Below, piece by piece: positions 37,349-64,000 of a stretch of DNA of 64,000 nt (positions within the stretch are counted from its first letter, which is position 1; every line of letters starts with the position of its first letter). The notes under the pieces were generated by a model. It worked only from the letters and a program-made list of their open reading frames with translations. It had not been told where the DNA came from and searched no databases. The stretch is from assembly GCF_037042905.1 (NCBI RefSeq), contig NC_087259.1:21204001-21268000 (forward strand), in the 5' to 3' direction. The translations under genes were made by a program, and so were the position numbers. The DNA is from Lytechinus pictus. Taxonomy: Eukaryota.

Positions 37349-39632
37349 TCATCACTACTTTAGAACATCATTTTATATTCTTCATGAACATTTAATATTG
37401 AAAAAAGAGGTTCATCTTGTTTTTAAAGATGCCATGGATAATATCATGTATACATAGTTTGTATATCTGGTGCTTTCTTGTACTATCTTATTAACATTCT
37501 TCCATTAACCCAGGTGAATGAATCATTTATCTATCTAAAGCCAAATGGAAGTAAATTGAAGATTTAATAATAATATTACTAAGTTAGACTTGTATTGTGC
37601 CAAATCCACTCTGTAGAGTGCTCAAGGCACTTATCAAGATTTTTTTAAATTTTTTTTTGTAAGTTTCAGAAGTGAAACATTTTTTTGATTTCTTCAGAAA
37701 GGCTGTTCCATTAAGGGATTAGTGGACAAATTATCTTCCCAAGTTTTGGAAACTTTGGGGTAATGAAAGAACTGGTAGTGGAGGAACATAAGGATCTTGA
37801 AGGGGTGTAGCCTTTATTTGTTGAAATAAAGTACTGCGGAGAATAACCATGCAAACAGTTGAAAGTTACAAACAAAATATTAAAAATGATATGTTGTTTA
37901 CAGGGAGCCAGTATAATAGACGAACCAGATGCCCAGTAATATTCAGGATTGTCCAAAGACTCTACTGCCACTAAACAGTATTTAAATAAAGTATACCAAT
38001 TACCGAAACGGTTTTGAGGCCACTTGCAAGTCTTGGGAAGAGAACTTCTTCATCAGTCATCATGCACATAAAACTGGCATACAATTTGTGATTTTTGTGG
38101 AGAGTCTTTAAAGTGCGCATTTAAATATTCCTTTACTTGGAAAATCTGTTACCTCTAATTGAAACAGGTTTTTCTCCAAATATTACATTTGTAAAGATAA
38201 TTTGACTTGGCAAGTCCTAAAGTTCAAGTTATTCTTCCATAAAATATGTGCCATTGCATGGCTGAATATTAGTCTCATATTGTAGCTTGTCATGTAAGTT
38301 CCATTTTTATACAAAAGGTTTTAACTACAGGTAGTCATTCACCTCAAACTTTTAGAACAAACTACTGTATATTTTTTAGAGAAATGAGAGAGAATGACGT
38401 GTGTATGTGTGTGACTTTACTTCTGTTTTGTAGAATATCAGTATCATTGTATGGTGGTTTTAATTTGTTTATTGCAATTATTCTCACCTTCAATTAAAGA
38501 AAGCATAGTTGCTTGTTGATGATGAAGCTGTTTTTGAACCAGGAAGGGATTAGATAACTCGTGTTGTTGTGGGGCCAGTTGCAGGGACAGTTACGATCAA
38601 ACGCAACTTGATTTTCAACTAATCAAAGGCATGTATTCCAGACTTGTGATTGATTTTTGTTGAGTTGTGATTGAATGCAATTCTTTCTCAAACAGGCCCT
38701 TGCAGTTGGGTGTAGGTTCAATTCAAAGCTTATTTCAGTCAATCAGTCATAAAAATACAAATTTTGATAAAGACATGGGATTGAGAGCCCAAAGAAGTTT
38801 AAAAAACAAGCTTGTGGGTGGGGCACCACCAGGATGGAATCCAACTGCTGCACTTCTTTTTTTTCTCCATTTGCCTCTCTTCACCCAAGTGTCACTCATG
38901 TGACAGTTGAATGTAATTTTTTAACCCTATGTTAACTGGGCAATTCCAGACCAGGGTTTTAGAATTTGACCCCAATTCAGCACTCAAAATGCTGATCTTG
39001 CGATCGCCCTGAAAATTTGCAAGCCCGTAGAGCCAGATGTAAACTACAAGACTGATTAGTAAAATTTTCAAAAGATTACTTTTTATTTAATTGTTGACTT
39101 TGCTTTGCCTTAAACTCACTTTAACTAGTTAGTAGAATGATAATTTAATTTAAGGATATTGATTTTGATATTTCTAACAAATTCCAGGATAATAATAATT
39201 TTCTATGTATTTTATTGTTTGTGAATTTATTATGTATTCCTATGTTTTTTAACTTTATTTTATTGATTTTAGGGGAATGTTGTAAAAAACTACTCTTGAC
39301 TTTATAATGAATACTCCAAGAATCCAGTTCAATACTTGATTTTCAAGTGCAGTTGTCTGTGGCAAATTTTTAGAGGTTTATGTGAAAATAGAACATTATT
39401 CTTTTGTATACAGTATGTCTAATCAGCATTCAGCAGTACGCTGCACAATATGATATAATCTTGTGTCAATGAAATACCAATTGAATAGACAACACTGTGT
39501 GAGTCTGTGTCCATAATACGAAATATCACCTCTAATGATAATGTAGAATTTAGCTTTTGATATGTTAAAAGATACCTGCCTATCTGCTAAAAAAAACAGA
39601 CATTATTCCTATTGCCTCAATATAACATTAGA

Positions 39633-39922
39633 GGCCCGTATTCCGAAGGTAGGTTTAACTCAGGCCATGTCTAAGTCTGTGCTTAAATTATGGGAAGCCA
39701 CAAATGTCAACATTTTCCTTACATTGTATATTTCTAATGATTAATGTGCTCTTTTCTAACTCAAGAATGGTGAAGAAAGCTATCTTATTTAACCTTCCGA
39801 AATATTTAAGAATGATTTGATAGAAAAATGAGCTGATACATTTATGACACATTTGGCTATCCATAGTTAAGCCACAACTTCAAACCAGCGTTTGAACTAA
39901 ACCCGACTTCAGAACACAAGCC
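39633..39922. mobile_element. Harbinger-type MITE, diverged relative of 10706-11017
   Basis: Ends ggcccgtattccgaagg.aggtttaact / aaacccgacttcagaacacaagcc. Confidence 0.65.
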
Positions 39923-40218
39923 ATAAGGTCCAAGGGGAAAGGGTCATAAAATAATCCCATATCAATATCACCCGCCACTCTCATCTCCATGTCTACATGT
40001 ATTTCATGTGTCAGTCTTTGCTCAACGTGTATGACTTCATCCGACGGGGAATTTCAATTATTGCAACTCCTCGACGAAAAATAACTTTGGCGTATGGCAG
40101 ATCTGCATCTCTGCTTCATTAGTTTCATGCTTTGTCCGCTTGTATGTGAATCATGGGTTTCTTCAAAGAACATATCAGCATCCACGTTGTTGATCCCTCT
40201 CATGATTTTGAAGATCTG

Positions 40219-40348
40219 GGGCACATAACACAAAGGTTAGCAAACGATCATACGCTTGATTTTCACGATTGATTGTACGTTGTAGTCAATGCAATCAATC
40301 GTAATGATATTCTTCTATGATGATTTCTAAGCTGTATGTTTCGGGCCC
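40219..40348. mobile_element. Short Harbinger-type MITE
   Basis: CTG flanks; TIR ggg..c.taacacaaaggttag; related copy at 58491-58619. Confidence 0.6.
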
Positions 40349-41496
40349 CTGAATGACTTCATTGGACGACGATCAATCCCCATATTGTGGTTTTACACCT
40401 GTCATAGCTGTCCCTAATCGAATACCATAATATGCAATATCATGCAGATGTAAAGAGCAGTTTCTGTGGCAAGCGTCTAGGTAAGAAGGAATTGGGGAAC
40501 TTATTTGCAGAAGAAAATGGGGTTCTATTTTATATATATATATATGCTTCCAGATTTGATTTGTTTGTGCTCTCATTGTGCCTTAATTTGTGTTGTTTGA
40601 AACATATATGAAAATTATTACAGTATCTGTAATCATATTTGTAAAGCTGTTTTGTACAACAAAGTCTGAAGTAGCATGTGTTGTAGGTATACTGAAGCTT
40701 ACACTAATTGGAATACTGGTATTGTTTGATTTCTACTTTTTGTTCAGTCTAGAAATGCATTCATATGAGTGTAAATCTAGCACATGAGTATATCTCCATT
40801 CAACTGTATTCTACTTTGGCCTCTTTTTGATGATACTATTATCATATTTGATCTCTATTTAATACTTTTCTGATTATATACAGGTGTGGAATGAGCAGTT
40901 CAGTGAAATCTATGATTTTTTAACCTCTTGAATACTGAAATCTGTATTTCCCAAATGCTCTGTTCAGGGACTACCCAGTTTCCATAGGCAACAGGTTAAC
41001 ACTCATAATCGAGATATTCTCTTTTAACTTTGTCTCTTTAAATTGTGTGTGGTGATGTCATAATATAATTCAACTCTGGCAGGGAATGAATTGGTTGAAC
41101 GATTTATTTGAATTAATTACACATTATTCCACGTTCTGAAAATCTGATATTATGATTTGAGTAATAACATATTTAAATTTTCGTAGCATGCAATTACAAT
41201 GTACATGCAAATACTTCCATTAAAAAAATGTAGCCCAATTTTTGGGCCACAATGTATGTTTATATGTGCTGTGTATTCTTGCTGTGGTGTACACTATATA
41301 ATAGATCCAGCGAATGTATGTGTCATAACTCGTAAAGCTGTTCATAAGTTTCACATGATTTTAATACACAATACAGCTGACATGTGCTAAATGAGGTAAT
41401 AATTTGTGATCAATCGTAACTCTTTGTAAGACAGGGCCCTGATGTGCATCAGTTTAATAGTATGTATGCTTCAAACACAGTATTTGAGACAAAAGC

Positions 41497-41548
41497 ATTA
41501 AAACAAAGTGTCACAGGGCTATTAAATTTTGAAGTGAACTTTATTAAA
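41497..41548. terminator. Candidate convergent polyadenylation zone of FPGS (+) and GPR107 (-)
   Basis: Plus-strand ATTAAA at 41497, 41521 and 41543; minus-strand AATAAA at 41545-41540; composition switches from T-rich to A-rich here. Confidence 0.5.
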
Positions 41549-41796
41549 TTATTTACCCACAAATATATATATGTACATACTTCTGAATAATCATAAAAAA
41601 TATCCAATTACTTAAATTCCAACCATAATACAGATAAATCAATAGTTTAAATTAAATCGGTGAAGAAGGTATTCATTGAATCTGTAATGATGGCCACTAT
41701 CATAGAGAAAGAATAAGTCCAAAGTGGGAGGGAAGCAAAAATAAGAGCAAAGAATTATCATAAAATATTGTCACAAATACACAAATTGACAATATG

Positions 41797-42151
41797 CAGA
41801 CCTGCCAACCTCTGGGAATGAAAAACTGTATTCTGTGAAAAAAAAAAAAAAGTGTATTTCATAATAAAATGCTTGGCGCACTCGCTCATCGCGGCGCTCA
41901 AGCTGCATGCAAGCTAAAATGCGCAATGCTCTTGCAGATGAAAAAAAAAAATTAGAACATGTGTATATCTTCACCCTGGTTTGAACAAAATGATTGAAAA
42001 AAAAAACAAGTTACCTGAAATTACTTTGATCTAATAACCATATTTGTGCACGTTTTTTTTTTTTTTTTTTTTACAAAAAACGTATTTTTCAAAGAATTTT
42101 GGTTGCAAAAACGTACTAAATACGGCTAAAACGTACTGGTTGGCAGGTCTG
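41797..42151. mobile_element. hAT-like MITE with 6-bp TSD
   Basis: Perfect 14-bp TIR CAGACCTGCCAACC; exact AATATG flanks (41791-41796 and 42152-42157). Confidence 0.85.
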
Positions 42152-44950
42152 AATATGTAGCACATACATACTTGATTGTTCAATGCTCTGAAAGGGTTTG
42201 ATCATAACGTTTCCTTTCAATATCATCTTTCTGTCTGTGAAACTTCCATTTTCTTTCTCTATAAATTCCAGTGATATTTATGTGCCTTGCAAATACCATA
42301 TATTACCATTCAATAGATAACAACCTTTACAAATTCATCATATGAATTCAGTTATGCTGTGTAAAAATATATATCAATTTTGTGCATACTCATTAGATAA
42401 ATACCGATGTAAGCTCGCTTATCAACAAATTTTCAAATCGAAACAAAGCAGGACCATTCGAGGGATAGATGTACAAACAAAACACACACATATTTCACTC
42501 GCACTCTTGAACAGGGAATTGTGTGAAACATCTAATACTCATTTTCAGAAATGATCATGCATTGCAAATTGAATTTTCAAAGGAGATTAATCAATGTAAA
42601 ACAATATTTAAGTTAAAGGCATATTGTCAGTTTTCATGGGGAATCGATACCATTCAGATGATTAAAGGCAATGCACACCTTACGACTGGTCAACGTTCTG
42701 ATTTTGGAACAAATCACATTTTGCTTATTTTCTCAAAAGTGAGAATGAAATGAAATTAATTGTAAGAATACTAATATAACAATTTTGGACGATTGAAAGT
42801 CTTTATTTTGGAGTTTAGGCCAAATGAGTTTCAAATTGTAGCCAGTGGTACGACTGTTATGACATCATTCTGACTCCATGTTCAACTTGCTTTTATTCTA
42901 ATAAGGCTGGTAGCATAATCACAAATTTGAACAAGTATTTGTATGATGATTTAGAACTTTATAGAGTAGATGTTCAATGTCTATATTCGCATCAAATTCT
43001 ACTGCATTTTATTAAAAAATTGGGTTGCACACCAATCGGAAGGTGTGCGGTGGCCTTTAATCAGTACAGATGTCAATGCAAATCCACCTATTGCCTTTAA
43101 TATGAAAAAGTCATAAGCTCACTTTCCCTGACCCCACAGCCACCCAAAGCCTAAGCAAAATAGGCTTGGCCAAAGAATTTCTTATTGGGACACTGAGTTT
43201 GCTTTCCCCCCAAGATGTCTCTGCTACATGTATTTCCAATGCATTTCACAAAGTCTGGGGTCAGCAATAAACCATTCTCAATGAAAGCTGATGCCCACAT
43301 AAGTTGAGCAATGCTTCTATGACGAGATCTAACGAAGATAGCTCCAACAGAATCATTGCTTTTAGCACAAAAAAATAAATAAATAAAACCTTATCAATCT
43401 CAAATCATCTGCATAATTTCCAGTCGAAAATCAACAACAGAGGGTGTCTTTGGAGAAAAAAATCCAGGGTCATATATTTACAAGTTTTGCCAACCATTGT
43501 TACGTACCCAATATAACATTGAATCTGTTCCGCCCAACATGTATACTTATAAGAGAAAAGACTTTGTTTCACAAAGTTGGCCAGATTGTTCTTTTTAATG
43601 GCACTTAAATAAATTTGATACTTTTATGAGTGTCATATATTACACTGCTGATTATATTATACGGCATGCTCATTTATCATATGCTTGCTCAGACATGGTG
43701 CGACAAAACAACATTCAAACTTTTCACCTTAATAGAAATCATAAAAGACCACTGAATGGCAAGAATCATAAATACACAAAAACTCATAAATTATTCCTCA
43801 ATATACAATACTTACAATGCATTAAATTAAAATAATAATTTAAGGATGATTATCCATTTGGAATAGATTATTTTGTGATATGAAATAATAAGCAGAATTT
43901 CAATCAAAGCAGAAGAACAAAAACCCACAAAACAATCATTAAAAAAATACTTTGGCGAGAAAGGAAACTCTTCGAACATGCATTTTAAAGGTCTACAACA
44001 GGCAGAGATTGAACTCAGAATTTTTTGTTTGAGCAAATGGGAGTATTGCGGGATCATGCAATATTCATATTTCATCCTATGACCCATAAAAAAACCCAAA
44101 ATCCTATAACCCTATAAATTTACAATAACTTCTAATAGCTTCTACTCTCAATAAATATAACATACAGCAATAACTTCATGGCATAAAAACAAAGAATATT
44201 TATCTTAATTTTCAAATACCATAGCTTTTCATTTGGCACAAATCCGATCTACTTTCGATAAATACCAAAATTTACCATGGAATTTATGTTCTGAATTCTT
44301 CTCTTGATACAATGAAAGTAAGATGTCCTGACTACACACATATATCTGGGTTTTCTTTAAACTCTGATATCTTGCACTGTCTTTTGATGCCCATTTCACA
44401 TCCGGTCCATTGGGTTATCAAAGATGCGTTTCATAATTTGTCATCTGACAACTTTCATTGGTTTTGATTGGCCAAGGAACACATTTGTCTGATTGTTACT
44501 ATGGTAACTATTGGATAATGAAAACTGGACAGTGCTAAAAACTTTCATGAAACCATCCTCAGATTACCCCCCCCCCCCCGCCCCTTTGTAACACACATTA
44601 AATGGTAAACCCAAGGACATTGACTTCTTTATATGGATTTGAATAATGAACACTGTGGTATCTGGCACACCAAAGCACTTTGACTTTTTGAAAAGATTTT
44701 GAGTGAAAGGAAACAAGATACTAAAAAGTATTGTGAGACAAAATAAGCTATATAAAAAAAACTTGTCTGAAAGTTATTATAGGTGGACCTGAAATAGATC
44801 ATGTGCAATAGAATGGACATAAAGACCATGAAGCACAAGTGTCACCAAATCTACAAGAACTTGCAATATCTAACTTTTTTTTGTCGTTGTTGAGAAATTG
44901 ATATTCATTTTTCAGATACAAGAGAATGAGAAAAGATGAAAACACATCTA

Positions 44951-45162
44951 GGGGGTGTTTCACAAAGATTTTTAAGTATGACTTAGAGTTGCACTTAAAT
45001 ACCGAGTTGCGTACGGTATGAAAGGCTTGACCGCATTGGTCAAATTGTGTCATGAATGCACACTACTGTGTATCTATCAATAAGATTGCATGTCGCATAT
45101 CATGTACGTGTCGGCATTTGAGTGCGACTGAAGTCATACTTAAATCTTTGTGAAACACTCTC
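44951..45162. mobile_element. Harbinger-type MITE (19407 family)
   Basis: gggggtgtttcacaaagattt ... aaatctttgtgaaacactc, with internal homology to 19407-19619. Confidence 0.8.
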
Positions 45163-45874
45163 CAGGCCGTGTATCATAAAAACTTTATTTATAACAGAGG
45201 TGAGAAATCTCATGAACAATTTGTTCTCAACCAATCATATTGCACTATTTCATAAGTTTATAACAGCAGCTTATAACTTGCCATTAATAATAAATTTTAT
45301 GAAACAAGTCATAAGGTTTTAAACAGCTTGAAAAGATGTACTGTGTAGGAAAATAAAACTCAGCAGGATTTTCACTATACAATGCAGCTAAAAGTGATTC
45401 AGGACCCAGTTGCATAAAAGTTAACATTTTCAACTACATGCTGAAGAGCCAATCAAAATCAAGGAATACATGTAATACCGATGGATGGCAAAGTTATAAA
45501 AACAACTTATAATGCAACAGAGCTGAAACTTTGGTAGGTACTTCATGCAGCAGATAATTTTTATTGTGACTTTGTTAAACAGTATAATTTCTCCTTTTCT
45601 TGAGACACATTCAGGATGTGCAACCAGTTCCATGACATTTGCTCCGGTGAAAAATCTACAAGTCAAGCGAAACGTTAAACCTAACCTCCAAAAATAAATA
45701 AACCCTAATCCTTACCTTTACATTATTCTGAACTAAAAAACTCTCTTACAATCCTATGTCTAAACCTATGCCATCTGAGATATCAAGACCGGAGCAAATG
45801 TCGCAGGAGCAAATGTTGTGTCACAATCAGGGACTTTTTGTGCCTTGTATCAAAAAGGATTTCATAAATCTTTG

Positions 45875-46242
45875 TTGACCTATAGTAGCCTATCTTGTTA
45901 AGTCGCTCCTTCATAATGTTCATTTTGCTTGTGACAACACAATAAGCTTGTATGTTCAAATAAAACCTGGGACTTCCTATTTACTGGAAAAAGATTACAA
46001 AACTTTTTCTCAATCTAAACTGACCTATCTTGTCAAGTTGCTCCTTTATCTATGTGGTGTGGTTATTCTTTCCTGACCTACATGTACAGTTGCCTGGCTT
46101 GTAAAGCTGCTCCTCTGTCTTTATGGTGTGGTTATTTTTTTCTGACCTATAGTTGTCTATCTTGTCAAGTTGCTCCTTTGTCTATGCAGTGTGTTTACTC
46201 TTCTGACCTACAGTAGCTTATCTTATCAAGTTGCTTCCTTGT

Positions 46243-46264
<22 letters not shown>
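45875..46264 (-). repeat. Tandem approximately 60-bp repeats spanning the GPR107 stop codon
   Basis: Units ctgaccta...tcttgtcaagttgctcc...tctatg at 46203, 46142, 46073, 46020 and a partial unit at 45875; the 46203 unit contains the codons ETNHSA*. Confidence 0.85.
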
Positions 46265-62528
<16,264 letters not shown>

Positions 62529-62705
62529 CTGGAATATGAAAAATAATCAATGGTTCAACAATTAGTCCTGAAATGGATAAGTCATGTAATGGAGGGTTAT
62601 TGGGTTCAGAAGAATAGAGTGAACCCCCCCCCCCAAAAAAAAAGAATAAGAACCATTGAAAGGGCTCTCAATAGGCCTACATGTAGTACCACTCAAGGGG
62701 ACACT

Positions 62706-63088
62706 AGGCGGTGCTGCACCATCCCGAGTTTGCTCAATCTCGAGATTTTAGCCCGATCGGCCCTCTTCGCGATTAATCTCGAGATTCAAGAAACCCCGTC
62801 TCCACCATCGCAAGAAGAGCGATTCCTGCTCGAGCGAGGCATCGATGCATTATGGTCTAACGCCGTGAATAAATAATCCCGAGTGCGTCTGCACCTACGT
62901 ATTAGCGCGATAATTCGTAAAATAGCTTGCTATTTTGCAAATAATCGCAAGTTGACTTGCAATTGCAATCTCGAGATTAATCCTACGAACTAGCGCGATA
63001 ATTGCGTCTCCATTGCAAATAATCTCGAGATTGTTCAGATCGGGATAATTTGTTGGATCAGAAATAGCGGGATGGTGCAGACGGTCCT
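62706..63088. mobile_element. Harbinger-like MITE
   Basis: Imperfect TIR agg..gt.ctgcaccatcccg; 3-bp ACT flanks; repeated internal palindrome aatctcgagatt. Confidence 0.7.
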
Positions 63089-63669
63089 ACTGGGACCTTA
63101 ATAAGGTCAACAACAAAAAGCTGCCATGGTAGTCAGACTTTCAAGCACCATTGTGTAAGATCCACAGATCTATATTTAATCAAAATTCTTACCTTAGATT
63201 TAATTTGTGCTATCTAAACTGCAATAAACTAATTCATTCAAGAAAGTTCATAACTAAAAGGAAAAAAAAATCACCAGACAATTCATCCCACAAGCATTGT
63301 CGCGATCATTGTGTGCATTTGTGTGTTTCCATGGGTGCTGACTTTCTACAAATGCAGCACCCCTTATATGCGCTATTGTTGCCTATGAGGTCGATACTCT
63401 GATGTATTGACCTCATCGGTGCTAGGATTGGGTAGTACTTGCACAGAGGGTGCGCAGTTTCTTTTTTTTTCTCTCTAAAATATTAAAATGACAGGCCAAG
63501 GTGTGTTTTCTCTTTCGATTCAAAGATTTTATTTTTGCTCAAACTTTGGGCATTATTATTGTGAAATAAGTCACCAGTCCATTCATTCACTGCTGTTTAT
63601 CAATGTCAGTGCTGCTGGTGACATCTTTCCACACCCATTTTCACGATTAAAAAAAAACTTTAAATGGTA

Positions 63670-63954
63670 GGGGGTCCTAAAGCTACACACCACTCATCGC
63701 ACATGCAATTTCAATGGCAAAATGCGTACTTGTGGAACTGTGCAGAGTGACAAACGATTCCTATTCAATTTTTCTACAGAGGCTGCACTAAATTCATAGA
63801 AAACCCAAAACTATTTGGAAATTTTAGAGTTATATTCACTTTAATTTCATGTTTCCCAATACATGTAATAGTATGAACATATTTTACAAATTAAGGCACA
63901 GGAAACACTATTTCTTTGCATGATAAATTGAGTGCGTAGCTTTAGGACCCCTTC
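63670..63954. mobile_element. MITE with probable TA TSD
   Basis: TIR GGGGTCCTAAAGCTAC(A/G)CAC at 63671 and inverted at 63932-63951. Confidence 0.75.
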
Positions 63955-64000
63955 TACATAGAGTGGCGTAATCAAGAGGTGTTCCGGAAACAATGGGATT

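Overview
AT-rich, intron-rich animal genomic DNA. It is not prokaryotic: I found no operons, rRNA or CRISPR. Repeat families and motif usage suggest an echinoderm such as a sea urchin (inference). Three spliced genes were assembled by hand with consistent GT-AG phases. (1) The 3' part of an uncharacterised, largely disordered nuclear protein (+, 576-9108). (2) A complete folylpolyglutamate synthase FPGS (+, 12 coding exons, 20277-37348, about 730 aa) with a long mitochondrial-type leader. (3) A GPR107/GPR108 (LUSTR) seven-transmembrane gene (-, 12 exons, 62528-46243; its first exon is not located). FPGS and GPR107 are convergent and their long 3' UTRs appear to meet near 41500-41550. Introns and UTRs hold many non-autonomous DNA transposons (hAT-like with 5-, 6- and 8-bp TSDs, Kolobok, Harbinger, Tc2/pogo, Sola1), tRNA-derived SINEs and a decayed hAT transposase. 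The most unusual signals are: a solo-LTR-like element with about 96-bp terminal inverted repeats (Gypsy/Ginger-like hybrid); abundant TA-NNNN-TA palindromes that behave like transposon excision footprints; tandem copies of stop-codon-spanning segments in two 3' UTRs; and a perfect 99-bp intronic palindrome. I cannot confidently identify a new protein-coding system. All homology calls come from recognised motifs, not database searches.
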